DNA from: a virus
DNA length: 64,000 nt
Virus record (IMG/VR): IMGVR_UViG_3300029286_001586
Span: 10,053 to 74,052 of that record
Direction: 5' to 3' (one strand)
The translations under genes were made by a program, and so were the position numbers. The notes beneath the pieces are model-generated. The model did no database searches. It had not been told where the DNA came from and was given only the letters and a program-made list of their open reading frames with translations. This document shows positions 50,278 through 59,479 of the stretch, one piece after another (the stretch's first letter is position 1; each line of letters opens with the position of its first letter).

Positions 50278-50460
50278 CTAATGTTTATTATTATCAGACG
50301 AATAAAATCCTGGGCTATTGAACTGAATACCTCCTAATTTATAAACTCTTGAAGCGGGTTTACCGCATTTTTTACAAAGTATAATCGGCAGCTCATTCAT
50401 AGAATGAAACTCCTCCCAAACTATTTTACAATCCTTACATTCATAATCATATGCTGGCAT
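50278..50460 (-). CDS. FmdB-family zinc ribbon protein
   Basis: MPAYDYECKDC...CKKCG...F..PGFY. Confidence 0.8.
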   Translation of the reverse strand: MPAYDYECKDCKIVWEEFHSMNELPIILCKKCGKPASRVYKLGGIQFNSPGFYSSDNNKH

Positions 50461-50461
50461 A

Positions 50462-50589
50462 AATTTTAGAGAGCGTCTATGGCTTTGCAAAGTTGCGTCT
50501 CTGTGGAGTCGAACCACTGAAACTGCTTTGATAGCCCCCAAAACAACCCAGACCTTGCTGAGTCCTCACCATAAACGCTCTTTAAAATT
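50462..50589 (-). ncRNA. Structured RNA: 21-bp closing stem enclosing a T-loop hairpin
   Basis: aattttaaagagcgtttatgg pairs with ccatagacgctctctaaaatt; internal gtgg-ttcgact-ccac. Confidence 0.55.
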
Positions 50590-50593
50590 GTCG

Positions 50594-50664
50594 AAGCGGA
50601 GGGCGGATTTGCACCGCCGTCTCAGGGATATGAACCCCGCAAGGAACTACTCCTCCACTCCGCT
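50594..50664 (-). tRNA. tRNA-Met(CAU), initiator-like
   Basis: Cloverleaf: AGCGGAG/CTCCGCT acceptor stem, GAGG/CCTT D stem, CGGGG-TTCATAT-CCCTG anticodon arm, GGCGG-TGCAAAT-CCGCC T arm. Confidence 0.9.
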
Positions 50665-50995
50665 ATGGTGCTTGGATTTTTTAAAAGAACCCTAGCATAA
50701 AACTTTAATAGAGCATTGATACAAGACCAACACAACTTTTAAGACCCCCCTCTACTCAGAGACCCTCGTTGTCTCATATCAAGATGGCTGCCGATACTTG
50801 TCTTTTACTGTCCTTTAGGCACAAGTCCTATCAGAAGGGCTAAGTATCATACCTCACATTTTTAAATCATGTCTGTCACATGTGGGTTTAATTCTCACAG
50901 GAGTAATTACTTCCTGCCTAACAAGTTCCCCGACACCAGACACAAATAAATGCTGTCTTGGTTGCATTTAAGGAGCCACCCCACCACAGCATCAA

Positions 50996-51571
50996 CTAAC
51001 CTTCAAACGAATTGTCCCACCAGTTGTTGCCGTCCTTCGGACATGTAACTACTCTTTTGGTCCCATTTGAAACTTCTTTTGCAAACATCTTGGACCCGCA
51101 ATCAGGACAAACTGTTGGCTCCTCATCTCCGAGTTCTTTGTTAAGCGTTCTTCCTTTTTTGTACTTGGAAGCTCCTCCCGCAGATTTCTTCGCACCTGAC
51201 CATGCTTTCTTCGCTGGGGGCGGTGGAGGCGTCGGTTCCTCGTCTTCAACTGGTTCTTGTTCAACAGGAGTTGCTACAACAGCACCAAGACCCTCTATTG
51301 CGTCATTGAGAACCTTTATTACCTCTTTAACGCTGCTACCTCTGATAACAACTCTTGTTCTTGCCTTTGCCGTATCATCAACATCCAACCATTTCTCTAT
51401 CTCAACTGCGTTTGTTTCTACCACTTCTACACCTTCTTTCTTTGTTATTTTAGCTCCAGGGTCGGCAAAAAATTCCTTGCTCTCTTTTTCCATTTCCTCA
51501 TCAAATTTCGCTTGGTCCTCAACATTTACTTCTTTCTTGGTCTTCTTTTTCGTGCTAAATCCTTCAGCCAT
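50996..51571 (-). CDS. Hypothetical protein with Pro-rich linker and C-terminal zinc ribbon
   Basis: PTPPPPPAKK; CPDCG...TCPKD. Confidence 0.6.
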   Translation of the reverse strand: MAEGFSTKKKTKKEVNVEDQAKFDEEMEKESKEFFADPGAKITKKEGVEVVETNAVEIEKWLDVDDTAKARTRVVIRGSSVKEVIKVLNDAIEGLGAVVATPVEQEPVEDEEPTPPPPPAKKAWSGAKKSAGGASKYKKGRTLNKELGDEEPTVCPDCGSKMFAKEVSNGTKRVVTCPKDGNNWWDNSFEG

Positions 51572-51803
51572 ATTTCACCTTCTTTCTTAAATTATCTTAC
51601 ACCCAATATAAATTGTTCAACTACCTGTAATATTATACCATTTAATGTCTTATAAGTGTCCTTATCTTTAAAGAATTTTTGGTAAGTCCTGGGCGGGACT
51701 ATTAAAATCGTCGGGTCTTTTTCTTCAAGAATAATATAGGTATGAACCAATTTATCTATTGTTGATTGTAAATAACATTTGTGCATATCTTTAAGTATAT
51801 CTG

Positions 51804-52148
51804 TCATATTTTTGTTATTTCAACATTTTCAGAATAGTAGCCATTTGAAGCTCCGTACCATGATATTGTGACTGCTCCTTTTATCGTTGCAAATTTATAA
51901 AATGTCCATGTGTTCGTTCCATCATCTTCATCAAATTTGTTGGATGTTTCTTCCGCCATAAGCAAAGGTGACCCGATTAAATCTGCCAAATCACCAACTA
52001 TTTCTTTTATATAAACACTCTCACAACACTCCTGGTCATGATACATTTTCCATGATGGTCCATTGACTTCTTGAAAAACAATCTCGTCATTTTCTTTATT
52101 TACTGTTATGTTTTCTAATATTTTTTCTGCCAATGCTTCAATTTTCAT
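51804..52148 (-). CDS. Conserved phage protein
   Basis: YHDQECCESV...TWTFYK...WYGASNGYYSE. Confidence 0.7.
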   Translation of the reverse strand: MKIEALAEKILENITVNKENDEIVFQEVNGPSWKMYHDQECCESVYIKEIVGDLADLIGSPLLMAEETSNKFDEDDGTNTWTFYKFATIKGAVTISWYGASNGYYSENVEITKI

Positions 52149-52157
52149 AATTTCCTC

Positions 52158-53378
52158 CTATCCTTTTATTACTGCCATTGGAATTAATTCGTGCAAAATA
52201 TCGACCAAATCTTCTTGTTCTTTCATAACAACATCAATATCTTTATATGCACTTGCAGATTCGTCCAAATCTTTTTTATGTCTCATTCCATGTATTATTC
52301 CTTGTTCATTCATTTTATTTATTTCGTCTTCAAGATTAAGTTCTGCAATAGCTTTTGTTCTGCCCATCCTTCTTCCTGCACCATGAGAACAACTCATAAA
52401 GCTATCTGGGTTTCCTTTCCCACTAACAATATAACTTTTTGTTCCTTGTGAACCAGGAATTATTCCTATCGTATTCTCTCTCGCAAGCGTTGCTCCTTTT
52501 CTATGAATCATTACGTTCTTTCCAAAATGATTTTCTAAAGAAGCATAATTATGGGCTATATTTATCATATTTGTTGAATATGCCACAGGTTTGTACTTAT
52601 CTGGATTATCATCATTAAAACAATCTATAATTCTATCCATCATCAATCTTCTGTTAGCAAACGCAAAATCCACACAATACTGCATTTCTCGTAAATATGA
52701 TTGCCCTTCTTCGCTATCTAATGGTAAAAATGCAAGTTCCCATTTCTTAGGTACTGATGTATGCCATTTTGTGTTTAAATCAACAGCAAGTTTATTATAA
52801 TGATTTGCAACTTTGAATCCCAGATTTCTGCTTCCGCTATGTATCATTATCCAGACATATCCGTCTTGGTCTTTCTGGATTTCTATGAAGTGATTGCCCC
52901 CACCAAGCGTACCTATCTGTTTTAATGCGGATTCGTATTCTTGTTTTACAATAGGAAAATATTTTTCGTCCCGTTCATCGTGATACATACTAGGCATCAA
53001 ACTTTCACCCTGTTTTTTCGAGTGGTGACTAAAACCAACAGGAACAACGCTTCTAATGCCCCCGTGATAATCTTTTGAACCCCCGAATATCTTCTTAATG
53101 GTTTCTTTGTCTAACATTTCTGCTTCGAGCGATGTCTTGACCGCACACATGCCACAGCCTATATCAACTCCAACAGCATTAGGAATAACAACACCTTCGG
53201 TAGCTATAACGCCCCCTATTGGCATCCCATATCCTTGATGAGTATCGGGCATAAGACATACTTGCTTAAACACAAAAGGAAGTCTTGCAAGATTTTTCGC
53301 TTGCTCCCACGCTCCTGCTTCTGGTTCATTACACCAAGACTTTATAACAACACCGTTTTCCACTTGTTCATATTTCAT
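52158..53378 (-). CDS. rtcB: RtcB RNA ligase
   Basis: MPDTHQGYGMPIG, VGVDIGCG, GTLGGGNHFIE, HSGSR, HRKGA, SCSHGAGR, AYKDI. Confidence 0.96.
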   Translation of the reverse strand: MKYEQVENGVVIKSWCNEPEAGAWEQAKNLARLPFVFKQVCLMPDTHQGYGMPIGGVIATEGVVIPNAVGVDIGCGMCAVKTSLEAEMLDKETIKKIFGGSKDYHGGIRSVVPVGFSHHSKKQGESLMPSMYHDERDEKYFPIVKQEYESALKQIGTLGGGNHFIEIQKDQDGYVWIMIHSGSRNLGFKVANHYNKLAVDLNTKWHTSVPKKWELAFLPLDSEEGQSYLREMQYCVDFAFANRRLMMDRIIDCFNDDNPDKYKPVAYSTNMINIAHNYASLENHFGKNVMIHRKGATLARENTIGIIPGSQGTKSYIVSGKGNPDSFMSCSHGAGRRMGRTKAIAELNLEDEINKMNEQGIIHGMRHKKDLDESASAYKDIDVVMKEQEDLVDILHELIPMAVIKG

Positions 53379-53626
53379 TACCACACATCTCCATTTTCGT
53401 TTATTTTTTTATCCTCGTAATTCCCTATCTTGCGTCTCTCTAATTCCATTATAGCACAGTTTCCTGCGCCGACAATATCATTGTATGTTTGATATGATTC
53501 TCCTTTTACTCCAAGATATTGCTGAAATAAGCGGGTGATTTTATAGTTGAGTTCTCCACAATTTACAGCCAAAGCTTCGTTATCAAGTTCTAATCGTCTA
53601 TTATTATCGTCTTTTATATATGGCAT
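53378..53626 (-). CDS. Conserved phage protein
   Basis: MPYI...GELNY.IT...E..RR....YED.KI.ENGDV. Confidence 0.65.
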   Translation of the reverse strand: MPYIKDDNNRRLELDNEALAVNCGELNYKITRLFQQYLGVKGESYQTYNDIVGAGNCAIMELERRKIGNYEDKKINENGDVW

Positions 53627-53948
53627 TATTTTATCTCCCTTGTATAAGTTTCATCATAATCTTGCATTTCTTCCCAACGAACAATTTTTGAAAATGAATA
53701 TAATCCAATATCATTTTTTGATAAATAATAATCTGTCCAAAATCTTCTTGCTGGTCTTGAACAAAGTGATTTTCCGCCTGCTGATATCTCAATTAATGCT
53801 CTATACCAAATTGTAGGTTTAATAATATTAAAACAGTTCTTGCATCGTACTGTTCCAGAAGACCAGTAACGAAAATAACTACTACAATTAGGACATTCTT
53901 TATTACAACTAAAAATATTACACATAATTATTATCCCTCCTTTTCAAT

Positions 53949-54093
53949 TCCGAATTTCAAAAAACGACAACTGTTCTGTTACCTGAGATAAACTTTTTTT
54001 TCTTACTTATCCACACCCTGTTGATAAACTGTTGGTAACTTTTCTAGTGTGTAGGATTTTTTGACACGCTATTAGTGGCGTTGTTGTGGATAA
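53949..54093. promoter_or_regulatory. Secondary DnaA-box-containing element homologous to the 59.2-kb locus
   Basis: TTATCCACA at 54007, TGTGGATAA at 54085; ttctgttacctgagata (53974-53990) is identical to 59245-59261. Confidence 0.6.
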
Positions 54094-54735
54094 TTCCGTT
54101 CCTACAAAAATGTAACTTATTTTGCAGGATTCGACACGGATTCCACGCCGTCAAAATATCCATCGGCGTATGCAGTCTTTGCTATCGTCCTTGCTACCTC
54201 TCTTATCTCGTCCTTTACTGTTTCTATATCGCCACCGTCCATTATGAACCTAGAAAAAATTTCATCTACTGCTTCAAGTAAATCGCTTTCATTTAGTACC
54301 ATTTTCTTTTCCTTTCATAGCTTTATTTTTTAATCCCTCTTTAGCTAATTTACATTTATTTTTAAAATCTTTCAAACAATTATCACAAGCATATAGTTTT
54401 GTAGGTAAATAAGAGGGATTATAGCACGGCTGTTGCTGTATTTTTTCTTCGGTGAAATATAGCTTATCTTTTGGCGTAAATTTTTTGCAATAAGAACACT
54501 CCCTAAAATAATTATAAATAATATTTCTTAAAAATTCTATTTGTGCTTGTAAATTTTCTATCACTCCCCCAACTGCTTGCTTTTGGAACATGTATATTTC
54601 ATCTTTATATCCTAATGCTTTTCTTAGTTCGTGGTCTTTCATCTTATTACTTCTCCCTTAGTAAGTGTTTGTTAGTTTTCTTTTGTTCCCTAGAACAAAA
54701 GTTCTTTAACGCTTACTTATTTGGAACTCAATCAT

Positions 54736-54765
54736 ATTATACCGAAATGTTGTTGAAAAGTTGAC
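54736..54765 (-). promoter_or_regulatory. Phage-specific promoter, copy 5
   Basis: gtcaacttttcaacaacatttcggtataat. Confidence 0.65.
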
Positions 54766-54861
54766 CTCCTCTTTTTATTTATTAATATTTTCTGCGTTTG
54801 AAAGCCAAAAAGAACGCACAAGCTATGAAAGAATACAACATAAATTGATAGATTATACTTT

Positions 54862-55365
54862 TCATTTGTGTATTTTTTCCTTTATTTTTTTATGTATTTT
54901 TTTCATCATTTTTGTAACAGCACTTTTTCCAACAGAAAAATTCCTAGCTATCTCATGCTTCTCCATTCTTTCCGTATAGAACGCTGTAAAATACTGACGC
55001 TCCCTATCTGATAACATCCGCTCATACACGCTTAAATCCTCGTCTATGCTGTCATAATCGTCGTTATAAGCTAGTTCTATTATCTCGGTTTGTGTTTCAT
55101 CGTTGACCATTCTTTGCATGTCCTGACCCAAATATTTGCGTGTTAATTCCCTCCACATTTGAGGGTACATAAAAGACTCAAAATTCCCACGCTTACTATC
55201 ATAATTTTTAATCTTCTCACACATGACCAGAATAGCATCCTGAAACAAATCATCTTCATCTGTTCCTGTCATGTTAAACTTTTTTTTGATATCATTGGTA
55301 ACTTTCCAACCCAGCTTTTGATATTTCATTATCTGCTGTTTTTCCGCTCTGGTGAGTTTTTGCAT
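54862..55365 (-). CDS. Sigma-70-family (ECF-like) sigma factor
   Basis: DEDDLFQDA...YDSKRGNFESF (region 2); LSDRERQ...EIA..FSVGKSAV (region 4 HTH). Confidence 0.85.
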   Translation of the reverse strand: MQKLTRAEKQQIMKYQKLGWKVTNDIKKKFNMTGTDEDDLFQDAILVMCEKIKNYDSKRGNFESFMYPQMWRELTRKYLGQDMQRMVNDETQTEIIELAYNDDYDSIDEDLSVYERMLSDRERQYFTAFYTERMEKHEIARNFSVGKSAVTKMMKKIHKKIKEKIHK

Positions 55366-55901
55366 ACATTCCTCTCTTTCTTATTCTCATATTGAACTTA
55401 TCCCTGCCTGATTTAACTCTTATCTCTCTAAATAATCCTCCTTCTACTATGTTATAAAAAGTCTGTAAGTGTTTATATAGCTCCTCTGGTGGGCTTTTTC
55501 CTATGTATATTTCCCTGCCATAAATTGTAACGGCATAATAATGTATCATATCTGACTCAATTCGTCTAAATATCCATCCCTGATTTTTTTAAACATGACC
55601 CAAAATTCTATTTCTCCATTACTGCTATGAAATGCTACCATAGCTTTACAGAACATTGTAGCTTCTAGCTTCTGTATGGCTCTGCTTTCCATTTCTTCTT
55701 CAACGCTTTTTCCCATAAAACTCTCCTTTTAATTTTTCATATTCTCATTATTTTCAATCTCGAATAAAATCTCATCCATAGTATTTGCTTCCATAAAATT
55801 ATCTAATTGACCCGCATAATTCTGATTAAGAAAGACACTCACTAAATCCATGACGCAATCCTTAGTCATAATCGTTTGCAGATATTCAATAGTAATTTTA
55901 T

Positions 55902-56996
55902 TCATCTCAGTATGTTCCTGAATTCATTTTTGAATTCCTCTTTCTTCAACAGGTCTTTTAAATAATCTTTTCCTTTTGTAGTTATTATTCTGCCTTTCCC
56001 TGAAGCTATTTCAATATATCCCTCTGCAATCAAATAATTTTCCCACTCCTGGGCTATCGATACAGCGTCCTCTCCTGTCTTCTTAGCTAAGATGTTCAAT
56101 CCCAAGTGTCCTTTCTCACTTGTATGCAATGCCCATAATATCTTTACATGAGCCATTTCCAATCCATCGGGATAGACTCTAAGCAGTCTAAAAATCGTAC
56201 TTACATCTTGTTCTGTTATCGTGCCTTCCGTAACCCTCGAAGCAGTAACGACAAGACTCAATGCTACTCTAGGACACTTACGGCAATTCTCTGCAAGCAT
56301 TTGCAAAGCACCGCTATCTATTTCGTGCTTAGAGCGGTTTATTGCTCCTTTAATAATGGTCTGCATTTCACTAGAGGTATATTCATTCAGTTTTAAAGGC
56401 AAAGAAAACCTAGACCTAAACGCTTCATCAAGTTCCCCTGCGTATGTTGTTGCCCCTATTATTGTCATTGGCGTAACATCAATCGTTTCTACCTGATTTT
56501 CTTTTGAGAGCGTAATCCTGTTATCGGTCATAAGACTATATAAGTGTGTTTGTATCTCTCTTTTTAGCAAATGAATTTCATCGATGAATAAAATGCTCCC
56601 CACTTCAGCGATTGCATTTATTTTTTCAATGACATCAACTAATTTAGCAACAGTATCAAGACCCGAAGCCGTAACTTCAAAGAATGGTTTATCATAAGTC
56701 TTTGCTATGATTTTTGAGAGCGTAGTTTTTCCTAATCCTGCGCTACCATAGAGAAGAATATGTCGTAGTGGTTCATTGTGTCGTTTGCACCCTGCTATTT
56801 CCAAGTCAATAATAGTTTTCAAATGTTCTTGCCCTACAAAATCATCGATATTATTTACTTGCAAGGCATGGAATTTTGGTATAAAATCCTCTTTCTTATA
56901 TTGCTTTGTCATGTTGAAATCGACATCAACAGATGGAAAAGGACGCTTATACCACTCTACAATATCACCTGTGTACCATTCTTTTGCATTAGACAT
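55902..56996 (-). CDS. ruvB: RuvB-like Holliday junction branch-migration ATPase
   Basis: DFVGQEHLK, HILLYGSAGLGKTT, LFIDEIH, IIGATT, FRSRF, PRVA, DGL, E.YLI..G.I...GRIIT.KG. Confidence 0.88.
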   Translation of the reverse strand: MSNAKEWYTGDIVEWYKRPFPSVDVDFNMTKQYKKEDFIPKFHALQVNNIDDFVGQEHLKTIIDLEIAGCKRHNEPLRHILLYGSAGLGKTTLSKIIAKTYDKPFFEVTASGLDTVAKLVDVIEKINAIAEVGSILFIDEIHLLKREIQTHLYSLMTDNRITLSKENQVETIDVTPMTIIGATTYAGELDEAFRSRFSLPLKLNEYTSSEMQTIIKGAINRSKHEIDSGALQMLAENCRKCPRVALSLVVTASRVTEGTITEQDVSTIFRLLRVYPDGLEMAHVKILWALHTSEKGHLGLNILAKKTGEDAVSIAQEWENYLIAEGYIEIASGKGRIITTKGKDYLKDLLKKEEFKNEFRNILR

Positions 56997-57600
56997 TATT
57001 ATTTTTTTCCTTTATATCCCAACATAAATATCCTGCTAATACCTCGACAAAATGAGCCAAAACCTCCATAAAATATAACACTTTAAGTGATACCATTATG
57101 CTATCCTTTCCTTATTTCGAGATATATCAGCCCCCATCTAAATTTGAACCATGCAAATGTTTTGTTATAAAATCGTCCTGTTGTCCATGATGGCAGCCAT
57201 TGATATCTATTGAGGGTGTTCCAATATCGATTTAATTTCAATACAAATTTCATTTTATGCTATCCTTTCTCCACACCAACTACAATAATAATCTTCGTGG
57301 TCTTTGATGTAATGCAGACCCATACAATTCTTGCAGTAAAAAAACTTTGACATCAGGAAATGAACGCAGTTAAAAAATAATCTTTTCATGTTATTCTTGT
57401 CTTTTCAAGAGATATCATGCTGTAAATGTTATCAAAAGACACATTTGTTTTATGACATCTTGATTTATTATTTTCTTCTTTAGAATATATAAGCGTTCCT
57501 CTTTCCACTTCTTCGATACTTATAATGTCATTTACTTTTATACTTACTTTTTGTCCGTTGGTATCTTTAAACCACATGAATACATCTATGTTATTTTTCA

Positions 57601-58350
57601 TTATATTTTTCCCTCCCAAAGTATTTTAACGTCTTTTCCTCCGTGTAATCTCCATACTTTTCCATCAAAACTAGGAACTAATCCCCTTTCCCATAATTCA
57701 TTCAAGCAGTTATAATTTTTGTCTTTTGGCAAATATTTCCATTCCGTGATATCAAAGAAAGAGGAACAATAAGCCCAGACCGAATCCCAGACCGAATCCC
57801 AGACCGAATCCCAGACCGAATCCCCGACCGAAGCCCTGACCGAATCCCAGACCGAATCCCAGACCGAATCCCAGACCGAATCCCAGACCGAATCCCAGAC
57901 CGAAGCCCTGACCGAAGCCCTGACCGAAGCCCTGACCGAAGCCCTGACCGAATCCCCGACCGAAGCCCTGACCGAAGCCCACTCTTTAACAAGTGCGATA
58001 TCTTCTTCTGATACAGTAGTTTTATTTCTGTCTTTGAATGGATGTATAATCGGCTTTATGTTAATAGGAACAATTGTTTTTATATTTAAAGAAGAACAAA
58101 ATTTATTTATTAAATCAAAATCATCTGATGTATTTATTTGGTCTTTTATTAGTTTTTTTGTAAATGGATTATACTCATATTTGTTTAAATTGTCCTCTTT
58201 CTTACCTTTGTAACCAAAATAATCTGCTATGCTTGTATGACTATCAGGATTATAATTCAATTCCCCCGATAAACATTTTTTTCTCAATTCCCAATCAAAA
58301 TACATAGGATTTCCCTTGCCATCAGAAACCAGACTAAAAAATTTACACAT
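57601..58350 (-). CDS. MCxFxS/DSH-domain protein with an SV(W/R/G)(D/A) tetrapeptide array
   Basis: AGGAGG SD before ATG 58350; 17 tetrapeptide repeats; LWERGLVPSFDGKVWRLH C-terminus. Confidence 0.75.
   Translation of the reverse strand: MCKFFSLVSDGKGNPMYFDWELRKKCLSGELNYNPDSHTSIADYFGYKGKKEDNLNKYEYNPFTKKLIKDQINTSDDFDLINKFCSSLNIKTIVPINIKPIIHPFKDRNKTTVSEEDIALVKEWASVRASVGDSVRASVRASVRASVRASVWDSVWDSVWDSVWDSVWDSVRASVGDSVWDSVWDSVWDSVWAYCSSFFDITEWKYLPKDKNYNCLNELWERGLVPSFDGKVWRLHGGKDVKILWEGKI
57772..57975 (-). repeat. 17 x 12-bp tandem repeat (TCG GTC NGG GMT)
   Basis: Directly visible; encodes SVWD/SVRA/SVGD/SVWA. Confidence 0.97.
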
Positions 58351-58352
58351 GC

Positions 58353-58640
58353 TTAAAAATCCTCCTGTTCTATTTCTAAATCCCAAGCATTGATATTATC
58401 TACCGCCCTTTCAATAGAAGCAACAACATCAGTATCGTAGTCATGTATTATTTCTCCTTTTTCGTCATAGACTTCGTTTATCTCGAAATTAATTATATCC
58501 ATTGTTTTCATTCCCCGATTTCCGTCAGCATCGGCTCCATAATTATTATCGACATCAACTTCAAGGGTCAGGTCTGCGGTGTAATCGTTCCCTGCTTTAT
58601 CAACGAAAGAAAGTTCGTATGTGACTCTATGTATTGACAT
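58353..58640 (-). CDS. Acidic hypothetical protein
   Basis: NYGADADGNRG motif; very D/E-rich. Confidence 0.6.
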   Translation of the reverse strand: MSIHRVTYELSFVDKAGNDYTADLTLEVDVDNNYGADADGNRGMKTMDIINFEINEVYDEKGEIIHDYDTDVVASIERAVDNINAWDLEIEQEDF

Positions 58641-59162
58641 TAATTTATCTCCCGTTCTTGTCTTATTTCATTACAATATTCAAGAATACGATTTGCTAGT
58701 GCTTTTAGTCCTGTTATATCATCACCAAAATCCCGAACATGAAAACCAAAACACTCTGATATCATCTTTTCTAATTCTCTTGCTTTGTCTGTCATTATCT
58801 TCCCCTTTCTTTATAATATATTGCCATAACCTGACTGCGCTTCATTCTCTTAGTCTTGAATCCCCGCAAAAATAAATATCTCCTTATATAATCCAATCTG
58901 GATTCCCACTTACGAACATCGTCTATCTGCTCTAGTAAATATTCTTGTTTCTCTATCAGTTCATTAATAAGCTCGTCTATGAGTTTCATCTCTACATCTC
59001 CTTTGCTATTTCTTTTACTAATTCAATCAATCTCCAATAAGATATATTTTCTAAATCTTCCACTTCGTATATAGGTCTGAACTCATGAACGAAGTTTATC
59101 ATGGCTCTCATTTCATTTAAAAGTGCTGTTTGGTCTTTCATCTTTTTACCCTCCTATCTATA

Positions 59163-59191
59163 AGTATATACGAGTTGCGGTCTTTTTCCAA
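59163..59191 (-). promoter_or_regulatory. Sigma70-like leftward promoter
   Basis: TTGGAA-17 bp-TATACT; the cgtatatacttata core recurs at about 59794-59807. Confidence 0.5.
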
Positions 59192-59270
59192 AATCTTTTT
59201 TTTGAAACTCTTTTCTATTTCCGAAAATGAAAAAGCGACCATGTTTCTGTTACCTGAGATAGAGCGGAAG

Positions 59271-59376
59271 TTATCCACAGGTTGTCCACATGTGCATAAA
59301 CTGTGGATATCTTGTGGATAAGTTATCCACAGGTTATAAACAGGTTATCCACAGCTTTATCCCCAACTTATCCACA
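59271..59376. promoter_or_regulatory. DnaA-box array (candidate origin or DnaA sink)
   Basis: Ten 9-mers in 106 bp; perfect TTATCCACA at 59271, 59313 (reverse), 59323, 59345 and 59368. Confidence 0.8.
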
Positions 59377-59479
59377 TGTCAAAATTTCCTACAATATTAC
59401 ATTTTTGTAACTTTTTTCGAGAGCAATTTTTTTCAGCTAAAAATTTTATGTACTCGAAAAATTTTTTTCCTGATTTTTC

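Noticed and set aside
50278-50541. 87-aa version of the zinc-ribbon ORF
   Set aside because: The extension runs through the structured RNA element; the family-typical start is MPAYDY at 50460.
50666-50995. tmRNA, group I intron or known riboswitch/ribozyme
   Set aside because: I could not identify the diagnostic motifs by eye; left as unclassified structured RNA.
57702-57992. Alternative-frame ORFs (SGLR/SGIR)n and (GFGQ/GFGL)n
   Set aside because: Open only because the 12-bp unit lacks stops; the SV(W/R/G)(D/A) frame is embedded in a longer SD-led gene.
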